Positions 20,771 through 28,921 of a DNA stretch of 33,931 nucleotides are shown here, piece after piece. Made by a program: the position numbers and the translations under genes. The stretch covers positions 1-33,931 of the forward strand of contig JBFEXS010000012.1 of the NCBI GenBank assembly GCA_041562555.1, read 5' to 3'. This DNA is from Sulfurimonadaceae bacterium (lineage in GTDB: Bacteria; Campylobacterota; Campylobacteria; Campylobacterales; Sulfurimonadaceae). Within the stretch, counting starts at the first letter, position 1; the number at the start of each line of letters is the position of its first letter. The notes under the pieces are model-generated. The model saw only the letters and a program-made list of their open reading frames with translations. It did no database searches and was not told the origin of the DNA.

Positions 20771-21445
20771 TTAATGGATAGTGTAACCCACTCCACGGAT
20801 GGTCTTGATATAGGAGTGATCAGGATCGGTATCGATCTTCTCTTTAAGACGTTTGATGGCGACGTTGACGGTGCGCTCTTCGGTAGTCTTTCCTTTTCCC
20901 CATACGTGTTCAAGTAAGAAGTCACGCTTAAGCACAGAGCTCTGGTTTTGAATAAAGGTATTGAGCAGGTCAAACTCCAGTTTTGTCAGTTCCACCGGTT
21001 TACCCTTGATTGTGACATTTCTAAGATTCAAATCCAGGACAATGTCTTTGAAGCTTACAATCTTGTTCTGCATGTCTTTTTTTGTACGGCGCAAAAGTGC
21101 TTCTATGCGTAAAAGGAGTTCCTTGATCTCGAAGGGTTTGGTAACATAATCGTCACCTCCACGTAAGAATCCTTCTTCAATATGCGCACTTGAACTTTTT
21201 GCCGAAAGAAAGATAACCGGTACATCCATCCCTTTCTCCCTTAATAGAGAGATGTACTCACTTCCTTCGATGTCGGGAAGATTTCTGTCCATCAATATAA
21301 GATCGATAGACTCTTCTTCAAGGACATTTCTGACATATTTAGTGCTTACAAAGCCGAGGGTCTCATACCCCTCTTTTTGTAACCTGTGCTCAAGTAGTTC
21401 TAATAAATCATTATCATCTTCTACTATTAGTATAAGTGCTTTCAT
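20771..21445 (-). CDS. OmpR/PhoB-family response regulator (orphan, PhoB-like)
   Basis: Receiver domain (IVEDD, LMDRNLP, FLSAK, DDYVTKPF) and winged helix (LTKLEFDLL, RTVNVAIKRLKEKI, TIRGVGY). True start is MKALILIVEDD at 21445; no kinase adjacent. Confidence 0.93.
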   Translation of the reverse strand: MKALILIVEDDNDLLELLEHRLQKEGYETLGFVSTKYVRNVLEEESIDLILMDRNLPDIEGSEYISLLREKGMDVPVIFLSAKSSSAHIEEGFLRGGDDYVTKPFEIKELLLRIEALLRRTKKDMQNKIVSFKDIVLDLNLRNVTIKGKPVELTKLEFDLLNTFIQNQSSVLKRDFLLEHVWGKGKTTEERTVNVAIKRLKEKIDTDPDHSYIKTIRGVGYTIH

Positions 21446-21452
21446 GGTCAGT

Positions 21453-21486
21453 ATGGTAGAAAAAAAATGTTGCAAGAAGGTTACAT
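21453..21486 (-). promoter_or_regulatory. Pho-box-like promoter of the regulator, probably leaderless and autoregulated
   Basis: Minus strand: ATGTAAC-cttc-TTGCAAC, 10 bp, TACCAT (-10), 7 bp, ATG; no Shine-Dalgarno. Confidence 0.55.
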
Positions 21487-21543
21487 TAACATTATTATAT
21501 ATGTCGCCAAAATGCTTTGAAATTGTTATCTGGTAAAAACAGA

Positions 21544-21599
21544 ATGTTGCAAAAATGTAATAAAGACGTATCACTTGGGTAATCAAAGTATTTTAGACT
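21544..21599 (+). promoter_or_regulatory. Pho-box-like array plus -10 of the lipoprotein gene
   Basis: Four half-sites on an 11-bp period (ATGTTGC, ATGTAAT, ACGTATC, GGGTAAT), 10 bp, then TAGACT at 21594-21599. Confidence 0.6.
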
Positions 21600-21632
21600 G
21601 TCGTCAACAATTCAAAAAGGGAGCTTCAAGAA

Positions 21633-23816
21633 ATGAAAGCGAATCAAAAAATAGTTCTTAGCATTTTAGCGGCAGGTATGTTGTCATTAACAGGATGTGG
21701 CGGCGGAGGCGGTGGTACGACTGACAGCGCAACACCACCACCAGTAGTAGTTGACCCACCATTAGTTATCGATGCGACACTATATGATGGTGCCGGTGCG
21801 ACTGACGTTGCTGAACGTCACATGGCAAATGATGCGATGGTAACGTCTCATCCTTTATATGATGCAGCAAACGTAGTTCTTCTTCCACAAAACATCACAT
21901 CTGACCTTACTTTAGATGCAACTAAACAGTATGAGATCAGCGGTCTTTGTATGGTTAAGTCTGGTGCGACTTTGACAATTCCTGCCGGTACAGTTCTATT
22001 TGGTGATACAACAGGTGATGACTACCTGGTTGTTGCTCGCGGTTCAAAAATCATCGCAGACGGTACAGCTGCTGATCCGATTATCTTTACTTCTAAAATC
22101 GCTCTTCAAGATCCAACGCTGGCTGATGTTGGACAATGGGGTGGATTGACAGTTCTTGGTGCCGCGCCGACTAACCACGGTGAAGCAGTTGTAGGTGACG
22201 GTGGTCCGCGTTATGAAGTAGATGAGAACAATGCTGACTTTACATTCGGTAATGCTGTGGCTGGTGCGGGTGATCCGGCAGATAACTCAGGTATCTTACG
22301 TCATGTACATGTATATAATTCAGGTGTAACGATGAGTACTGACCAGGAGATCAACGGTCTTTCTCTTGCAGGTGTTGGTTCAGGTACGATCGTTGAAGAT
22401 ATCACAATTGTTAACTCTGCGGATGATGGTATTGAGATCTGGGGTGGTACAGTTGATATCAACCGTGCTACAATGATCAACTGTCAAGATGATACATTTG
22501 ACCTTGATTATGGATATGTTGGAAATGCAACAGACATCAAAGTTGTTCAAACAGATGCAAGTTCACATGCAGGTTTTGAGATCTCTTCTGGTGGTAGTAC
22601 TCCAATGACATCTCCGACAATCACCAACTTTGTAATCTCCAAAGTTCCTGGAACAGATGAGGGTGGTATTTATATCAAAGACGATACTACAGCACCGACA
22701 TTTATCAATGGTGAAGTATTGACTCACGGTACTGATGCTGGTATTCACACAAGAAAAGCAGCTGCTGTCGGAAATGCTCAGATCAATGCGATCTCTTTTG
22801 ATGATGTTCTTTTAAACTCTGCAGTACAAGTTGATGGTCTGGATGCAGCTTCTGTAGCAGCGTTCGAGTCTAAAATAGGGTATACAGTATATGATGCTGC
22901 TAAGCCGACAGTTGTCGTAACAGGTGATATCACAGTTGATACAATGTGGGACAAAGCAAACAAATATGAGATCGATGGTCTTGTAACTGTCAAAAATGGT
23001 GCAACACTTACTATCCCTGCAGGTACAGTAGTATATGGTAATACGACAGGAGATGACTTCATCGTAGTTGCTAAAGGTTCTAAGATCATTGCAAACGGTA
23101 CAGACGCTGAGCCTATCTATTTCACATCAGAGGCTTCTTTACTTGACCCTACTGCTGGTGATGTCGGACAATGGGGTGGTTTAACTATTCTTGGTGATGC
23201 ACCGACTAACCATACTGCTCCATTCTATGAAGTAGACGAGACAAACCCTGATTTCGCATTCGGTGGTACAAATGCTGCGGATAACTCAGGATCACTTGTA
23301 AATGTACATATCCTTAACTCAGGTGTAACAATGAGTACAGACCAGGAAGTTAACGGTCTTTCTCTTGCAGGTGTCGGTTCAGGAACAACAGTTCAAAACA
23401 TCTTTATCGGAAACTCTTCAGATGACGGTATCGAGATTTGGGGTGGTACAGTAAATGTAACAAACGCATATATGATCAACTGTCAAGATGATAGCTTTGA
23501 CCTTGATTACGGTTATATCGGTACAGCAACAAATATCTTTGTTCAGCAAGTGGATGCTAGCTCACATGCAGGTTTTGAGATCTCTTCTGGTGGTACAACG
23601 CCAATGACATCTCCAACGATCAAAAACTTTGTAATCAACAAAGTGGCGAACACAGATGAGGGTGGTATCTATATCAAAGATGATAGTACAGCACCAACAT
23701 TTGTAAACGGAATTGTTACAACAGTATCTGATGCGAACATCCATACAAAACTAGCGTTCACTCCAACGCAAAAAAGTACGATTGCATTCAGAGATGTAAT
23801 CCTTCTTAAACCATAA
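21633..23816 (+). CDS. Large surface/outer-membrane lipoprotein with two tandem beta-helix-like (pectin-lyase-fold-like) domains
   Basis: Lipobox LTGC followed by a Gly/Pro linker. Repeated motifs ATLTIPAGT, GQWGGLT.LG.A, DNSG, NGLSLAGVGSGT, DDGIEIWGG, DD.FDLDYGY. AAAAGGGAG RBS. Confidence 0.85.
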   Translation: MKANQKIVLSILAAGMLSLTGCGGGGGGTTDSATPPPVVVDPPLVIDATLYDGAGATDVAERHMANDAMVTSHPLYDAANVVLLPQNITSDLTLDATKQYEISGLCMVKSGATLTIPAGTVLFGDTTGDDYLVVARGSKIIADGTAADPIIFTSKIALQDPTLADVGQWGGLTVLGAAPTNHGEAVVGDGGPRYEVDENNADFTFGNAVAGAGDPADNSGILRHVHVYNSGVTMSTDQEINGLSLAGVGSGTIVEDITIVNSADDGIEIWGGTVDINRATMINCQDDTFDLDYGYVGNATDIKVVQTDASSHAGFEISSGGSTPMTSPTITNFVISKVPGTDEGGIYIKDDTTAPTFINGEVLTHGTDAGIHTRKAAAVGNAQINAISFDDVLLNSAVQVDGLDAASVAAFESKIGYTVYDAAKPTVVVTGDITVDTMWDKANKYEIDGLVTVKNGATLTIPAGTVVYGNTTGDDFIVVAKGSKIIANGTDAEPIYFTSEASLLDPTAGDVGQWGGLTILGDAPTNHTAPFYEVDETNPDFAFGGTNAADNSGSLVNVHILNSGVTMSTDQEVNGLSLAGVGSGTTVQNIFIGNSSDDGIEIWGGTVNVTNAYMINCQDDSFDLDYGYIGTATNIFVQQVDASSHAGFEISSGGTTPMTSPTIKNFVINKVANTDEGGIYIKDDSTAPTFVNGIVTTVSDANIHTKLAFTPTQKSTIAFRDVILLKP
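21874..23813 (+). repeat. Intragenic duplication of about 1 kb (about 21874-22815 vs about 22911-23813)
   Basis: Collinear protein repeats; a 34-bp exact DNA match at 22563-22596 and 23562-23595 (offset 999 bp). Confidence 0.92.
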
Positions 23817-23833
23817 TCTGGTTTGAGATCAAG

Positions 23834-23890
23834 AAGAGCTTAGGCTCTTTGAAAGGGAAACACTTCCCTTTCTAAACCTCTTTCCCCTCT
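23834..23890 (+). terminator. Double hairpin after the lipoprotein gene
   Basis: AAGAGC-ttag-GCTCTT (23834-23849) and GAAAGGGAA-acac-TTCCCTTTC (23851-23872), then a pyrimidine tract. Confidence 0.65.
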
Positions 23891-23958
23891 ATAACAACAA
23901 AATAAACAGATATCATCAACATTATGGTGACAGACTGTATCTAGCGACTTCTGTATTT

Positions 23959-24013
23959 CTGTAACCAAAATGTCATAAACTGTAACTTCTGTGTAATTTA
24001 ACTTTTTTAAAAT
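23959..24013 (+). promoter_or_regulatory. Tandem Pho-box-like sites plus -10 of the TonB operon
   Basis: CTGTAAC-caaa-ATGTCAT-aaa-CTGTAAC-ttct-GTGTAAT, 10 bp, TAAAAT (24008-24013). Resembles the E. coli consensus CTGTCAT-N4-CTGTCAY. Confidence 0.75.
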
Positions 24014-24044
24014 TCCAGCATATAAAACCAAAAGGGAAGATTGC

Positions 24045-24803
24045 ATGAGAAAATCAATGCTAAGCATGAGTCTTGTTGCACTGCTAGGGTCAACATCACT
24101 CTACGCATCTACAGAGAATATGGCTGAGTCTTTAATGAAACTAAGAGCAGAAGTTGAACAACTGGATGCGAACATAAATGATGAAAAAGATAGCTATAAG
24201 GCTTCAATGAAGTCTTTATTACGTCAAAAGAATGATCTTGAGTCAGTGGTTGCCCGTGAAGATCTTAAGATCAAACAGATCCAACGTGAACTTGATAAGG
24301 TGCGTAAGGAGATCAAAGAAGCAGGTAAGAATACGGAAGGTCTGAAACCACTGTTATTAAATGCCCTGAACCTTATGGAAGAGAATATCAAAGCATCTAT
24401 CCCTTTTAAAACACAAGAGAGATTAGAAGATATTGAAAAGATCAAATCTCAGCTTAACGGTGATCTTGTGACACCACAAAAAGCTTTAGCGTTAACATGG
24501 AATGCCTATGGCGATGCCATTCGTATGTCTAAAGAGAACGGGATCTTCAAACAGACGATTAACATTGATTCTCAAGACCGTTTGGCAGAAGTCGCACGTA
24601 TCGGTACGGTGGGATTGTTCTTCAAACTTCCTGATGATACAGTAGGTTACGCTAGTAAAGATGTAACAGGGTGGTATTTCAAAAAAGCTGTTTCAGCTAC
24701 TGAGCAAGAGCAGATCCTAGGACTGTTTGATTCATTTAAAAAGCAGATTCGTTCAGGATACTTCACACTTCCTAGCGCAATTGTAATGGCGGAGAGTAAA
24801 TAA
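24045..24803 (+). CDS. DUF3450-family periplasmic coiled-coil protein (TonB2-system accessory)
   Basis: Signal peptide, coiled coil, IPFK.QERL and RIG.VGLFF motifs; precedes the long ExbB-like gene. Confidence 0.8.
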   Translation: MRKSMLSMSLVALLGSTSLYASTENMAESLMKLRAEVEQLDANINDEKDSYKASMKSLLRQKNDLESVVAREDLKIKQIQRELDKVRKEIKEAGKNTEGLKPLLLNALNLMEENIKASIPFKTQERLEDIEKIKSQLNGDLVTPQKALALTWNAYGDAIRMSKENGIFKQTINIDSQDRLAEVARIGTVGLFFKLPDDTVGYASKDVTGWYFKKAVSATEQEQILGLFDSFKKQIRSGYFTLPSAIVMAESK

Positions 24804-26116
24804 TGAAAAAGATTTTAGTTGTTTTATTGACACTTAGTTTATCTGTTTTTGCAGCGACTGAGAATGAATTAGAGCGTGCATACGCTAAAGAGTTTGCTTA
24901 CCTGAAAGCACAGAAACAGATGTTGCAAAAACGTCTTGAGGAAGTAAAAAGTACACAAGATCAAAAACTTGCTGCCGCAAAGCGTGAGCTTAGTATCTTA
25001 CAAAATGTCGTACTGAAGAAAAATGCACAAAGCGAGAAACTCGAAGAAGATCTTTTCCGTGTTCAGCAAAATGCGCAGGTAGTCAGTGACGACACTTCAT
25101 TGATCGAAACAGTGATGATGCAGTCAACAACAAGTCTTAAACCATACGGTGTTGAAGTAACGGTAGATAAGAACAACTATCAAGCTTCATTAAAGACAGT
25201 CTTTGTCGAAGCAGATACATTGATCAGAAAACTGGGTCAGGTCAGAACAGAAGAAGGCAAGTTCTACGTAGCTGACGGAAGTGAGAAGAACGGACGTATT
25301 ATCAAGATCGGTAACATCGCTTCTTACGGAATCTCAGACGATACTGCAGGTGCATTGGTCCCAGCTGGTGCCGGTAAGTTTAAAGTATGGAATGCAGACG
25401 GATCTGAAAGAAGTGCACAGGCATTGAATAGCGGCTCAGTTTCAGATGAGATCAATATCTTCTTGTATGAAAATGTCAATAAAGAGATCGAAGAAGCTGC
25501 TGAAAAAACAGTGTTCTCTGTAATCAATTCGGGTGGAATCATTGGTTGGATCATCGTATTCTTGGGTCTTGGTGCATTAGTACTGGTAGGACTGAGAGTC
25601 GTATTCTTGATGGGTGCATCTAAAACAGCCGGGAATGTGGCTAGATCAGCATTGGACAAATTGTTAAGTGACGGTGTTGAAGGTGCATTGGCTTATTTGA
25701 AAACAGAAAAAGGTTCAACTGCACGTGTAATCAAAGCAACAATCCGAAACCTTGACAGAGATCGTGAGCATATCGAAGATATCGTATCTGAGTCAATTTT
25801 ACATGAGAGCGGTAGACTTGACCGTTTTGGTTCAATGATCCTTGTTGTAGCAGCAGTAGCGCCACTTTTGGGTCTTTTGGGTACGGTTACGGGTATGATC
25901 GCAACATTTGATATCATCACTGAGTTTGGTACAGGTGATCCTAAACTTCTATCAGGTGGTATTTCTATCGCATTGGTTACGACAGAACTAGGTCTTATCG
26001 TAGCAATTCCGGTACTTATGCTTGGAAACCTTTTAAGTGGTTGGGCAGAGCGTATTAAAGACAGCATGGAACATTCTGCATTACACTTAATCAACGAGTA
26101 TAATAAGCAGTCATAG
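24803..26116 (+). CDS. TtpC-like long MotA/TolQ/ExbB protein
   Basis: Signal peptide, periplasmic coiled coil, C-terminal APLLGLLGTVTGMIATF...GDPKLLSGGISIALVTTELGL. Confidence 0.88.
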   Translation: MKKILVVLLTLSLSVFAATENELERAYAKEFAYLKAQKQMLQKRLEEVKSTQDQKLAAAKRELSILQNVVLKKNAQSEKLEEDLFRVQQNAQVVSDDTSLIETVMMQSTTSLKPYGVEVTVDKNNYQASLKTVFVEADTLIRKLGQVRTEEGKFYVADGSEKNGRIIKIGNIASYGISDDTAGALVPAGAGKFKVWNADGSERSAQALNSGSVSDEINIFLYENVNKEIEEAAEKTVFSVINSGGIIGWIIVFLGLGALVLVGLRVVFLMGASKTAGNVARSALDKLLSDGVEGALAYLKTEKGSTARVIKATIRNLDRDREHIEDIVSESILHESGRLDRFGSMILVVAAVAPLLGLLGTVTGMIATFDIITEFGTGDPKLLSGGISIALVTTELGLIVAIPVLMLGNLLSGWAERIKDSMEHSALHLINEYNKQS

Positions 26117-26728
26117 ATGGAATTCTTAATCCAGGGGTTTGAACAGTTCGGTTCCTATATGAATAGCGGCGGTTACGTTATGTGGCCACTGGCTATCTGT
26201 GTACTTGTATTATGGTATGCACTGGGGTATCGATTCTATACATTGAATCGCGGTTCAAAAGCAACGGTTAGAAATCTTGTCAGAAAATTTTCTGAGGGGA
26301 TCCGTACTACACCAAAAGGGATGATAGACGGAGCTGTTGTAGAAGGACTGGAGATCGTACAGAAGTATGGAAAGAATGAGTTCACACGAAGTTATGTGAC
26401 GGATGCATTTAATAAGTATACGGTAGAAATCACACGATATTCTCGTCTGATCAAGACGATTGTGGCAGCAGCACCTTTGATCGGTCTGCTGGGTACGGTT
26501 ATCGGGATGATCGAGACCTTTGATTCTTTGGCAGATGCAGCACTTTTTTCACAAAGTGGTGGTATCGCCGGAGGTATTTCTCAAGCACTTTTTACAACAC
26601 AACTTGGATTGGTTGTAGCTGTACCTGGTTTGATCATAGGAAATATTCTACAGCGTAGAGCAGACAAAATGATTATGGATCTAGAGCAGATCAAAGACAT
26701 AATCTGTATAAATGAAAAGGGAGAATAG
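26117..26728 (+). CDS. exbB: ExbB proton channel
   Basis: GGYVMWPL, APLIGLLGTVIGMIETF, AGGISQALFTTQLGL. Confidence 0.9.
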   Translation: MEFLIQGFEQFGSYMNSGGYVMWPLAICVLVLWYALGYRFYTLNRGSKATVRNLVRKFSEGIRTTPKGMIDGAVVEGLEIVQKYGKNEFTRSYVTDAFNKYTVEITRYSRLIKTIVAAAPLIGLLGTVIGMIETFDSLADAALFSQSGGIAGGISQALFTTQLGLVVAVPGLIIGNILQRRADKMIMDLEQIKDIICINEKGE

Positions 26729-27133
26729 ATGCGTTTTCGTCAACGTAAATCTCAAGAAATCGGCGTAGATATGTCGCCACTGATCGATATGGTCTTTATC
26801 CTATTGATCTTTTTTATGGTTAGTTCAACATTTGTCAAAGATATGAAACTTGACCTTAATCGTCCGGGTGCATCCTCTGCATCAAAGGCATCTTCTAAAG
26901 TTATCCGTGTGTATATCGATAATGCGGGTGATAGCTATATCGACGGTCAACCGGTTAAAGTCTGGGCAATTCAGGGAAAATTGCGTGACATGTTGCGTGC
27001 AAGTACAGAACGTTCAGTTCTTGTTGTGACGGATGACGGGATTGAGGTTAACAAACTGATCGAAGTTGTTGATCAATGTCGTATGGCCGGTGCAAAAGAT
27101 GTTGCGGTAGCTACAGAGAAAGAAGTAGGCTAA
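26729..27133 (+). CDS. exbD: ExbD
   Basis: DMSPLIDMVFILLIFFMVS. Confidence 0.93.
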   Translation: MRFRQRKSQEIGVDMSPLIDMVFILLIFFMVSSTFVKDMKLDLNRPGASSASKASSKVIRVYIDNAGDSYIDGQPVKVWAIQGKLRDMLRASTERSVLVVTDDGIEVNKLIEVVDQCRMAGAKDVAVATEKEVG

Positions 27134-27134
27134 G

Positions 27135-27764
27135 GTGAAAAGAGTATCAAAACAGCTTAAATCGTTCGCATGGATGGTTTTTGGACTGGTCTTTGTATTC
27201 ACACTCGTTATCTACATGAATAACAAGGGTGGCCTGAGTGAGCCTAAGGCAAAAAAAGAGTCTATGGACTTTGTTGCGCAAAAGATCGTCAAGCCAAAAC
27301 CAAAGCCGAAGCCGAAACCAAAACCGAAAAAGGCACCAGCAAAGCCAAAGCGTACTGCTCCGGCTCCAAGCCTTTCTTCATCACTAAGTGGTATCGATAC
27401 CGGTTTGGATGCGTTTATGGCTGATGACATGAACATGGATGATGCACTTTTGGGAGATGTCGGAAAGAACATGGTTATGAGTGAAGACTCAGTAGATGTT
27501 GCACCGACGCCAAGTGAACGTTCTGCTATGGAATATCCAAAGAAAGCACGTAAGATGGGTGTTTCAGGATATGTGTTGATGAATCTTCTTATCAATAAAC
27601 AAGGGGACGTTGAGAAGGTCAAAGTACTTGAATCTCAACCGGCGAACGTGTTTGATGATACGGCAGTAGCAGGTGTGAAAACCTGGCGTTTTAAACCGGC
27701 TCAATATAAGGGCGAAGCGGTCAAGGTCTGGGCGAAACAAAAAGTTCGCTTTGATCTTCAATAG
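27135..27764 (+). CDS. tonB: Energy transducer TonB
   Basis: N-terminal TM helix, (KP)n linker, YP..A...G.SGYV...G.V...WRFKPA; GTG start. Confidence 0.92.
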   Translation: MKRVSKQLKSFAWMVFGLVFVFTLVIYMNNKGGLSEPKAKKESMDFVAQKIVKPKPKPKPKPKPKKAPAKPKRTAPAPSLSSSLSGIDTGLDAFMADDMNMDDALLGDVGKNMVMSEDSVDVAPTPSERSAMEYPKKARKMGVSGYVLMNLLINKQGDVEKVKVLESQPANVFDDTAVAGVKTWRFKPAQYKGEAVKVWAKQKVRFDLQ

Positions 27765-27772
27765 GATTGTAG

Positions 27773-28921
27773 ATGATGAAAAAATTATTAATTTTACTGC
27801 TTCTGATCACACTGAATGTAAGTGCGGCTGAGAAAAAGGGAAATGACGAGATCGATCATATCTCTTTGGCAGCATTACTGCTTAAAGATGGTTTCGTTAA
27901 TCGTGCAAACGATGAGCTTAAACAAGTGAATCTGGAAGATGAAAACCTTGACTTTTCCCGTTATTACACGTTGATGGGTCTTGTAGCAACAAAACTTGGA
28001 AATTATGAAGAGGCGAACAAGCATTATCTGCAAGCGCTTACGTATGAAGAGACGGATAAGGCACTTTATCTGTATGTAGCACAAAACAGTTTCAAACTTC
28101 AGAAGTATGAGGATGCTTTGGACGCGATTTCAAAAGCAGGTGCTATTGCGGATGAGAAGCCTTCGGTCGTAGCACTGAAGGCTGAATGTAACTGGAAGCT
28201 CGAAAAGCTCAATGAAGCACTGGTCGTTTTAGAAGAGGGAATGAAGCGTTTTCCACAACAGTGGAATTTTTATAAACAACGCTTTAACTATCTTGTCACA
28301 CTTAAGCTTTATCAATCGGCATTGGCAGATGCTCAGGTGTATCTTAAACATGCAAAGCCGACGGAAAAGACGGTATTGTCGTTTATTGCGGCGTTACGTA
28401 AAAGCGGTGATACACAAAAAGCGATCGAACTTGCAGAAGAGGCAAATATACGTTTTGTAAGCAGCGCGGAGATTACGGTGATGTTAGCACACCTGTATTT
28501 GGATAAAGAGATGATCCAGGCGGCTGCAGATCTGTTTGACGAGGCTTCTATCGAGGACGATAAGTATACGAAAGAAGCGGCAGAGATGATGCGCCGTGCC
28601 AAAGAGTTTATCTCGGCGCTATTCAAAAACTCCCAGATGTTAGATCAAAAAGAGAAATTGAAGCAGCGCATAGCGATCTTTATCGAATTTGGAGCCTATG
28701 AGCGTATAATTGCGAGTAAAAGTGCATTGGAGCGTAGTGAGCTTATTGAAGATGAAAATGTTCGTTATGCACTGGCATATTCATATTATATGAGTGCAGA
28801 GTTTGACAAATCAGAAACACAGCTGCAGGAGTTGACACGTCCAGACCTTTTCAACAAGGCAACTGAACTGAGAAAAAACATGCAGAAGTGTAAAGACAAT
28901 CATTGGGAGTGTGAGTTATGA
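27773..28921 (+). CDS. Periplasmic TPR protein (TonB2-system accessory)
   Basis: Signal peptide and repeated TPR-like helices; directly after tonB. Confidence 0.8.
   Translation: MMKKLLILLLLITLNVSAAEKKGNDEIDHISLAALLLKDGFVNRANDELKQVNLEDENLDFSRYYTLMGLVATKLGNYEEANKHYLQALTYEETDKALYLYVAQNSFKLQKYEDALDAISKAGAIADEKPSVVALKAECNWKLEKLNEALVVLEEGMKRFPQQWNFYKQRFNYLVTLKLYQSALADAQVYLKHAKPTEKTVLSFIAALRKSGDTQKAIELAEEANIRFVSSAEITVMLAHLYLDKEMIQAAADLFDEASIEDDKYTKEAAEMMRRAKEFISALFKNSQMLDQKEKLKQRIAIFIEFGAYERIIASKSALERSELIEDENVRYALAYSYYMSAEFDKSETQLQELTRPDLFNKATELRKNMQKCKDNHWECEL

Noticed and set aside
21446..21586. 47-aa N-terminal extension of the response regulator given in the ORF track
   Set aside because: The receiver domain starts at MKALILIVEDD (21445); the extension runs through the divergent promoter region
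22563..23744. Two similar minus-strand ORFs (22563-22748 and 23562-23744) that look like a repeated small-gene family
   Set aside because: Antisense shadows of the lipoprotein's internal duplication
27289..27350. AAGCCA/AAACCA-type short tandem repeats
   Set aside because: They encode the ordinary Lys-Pro linker of TonB; not a CRISPR array or contingency locus
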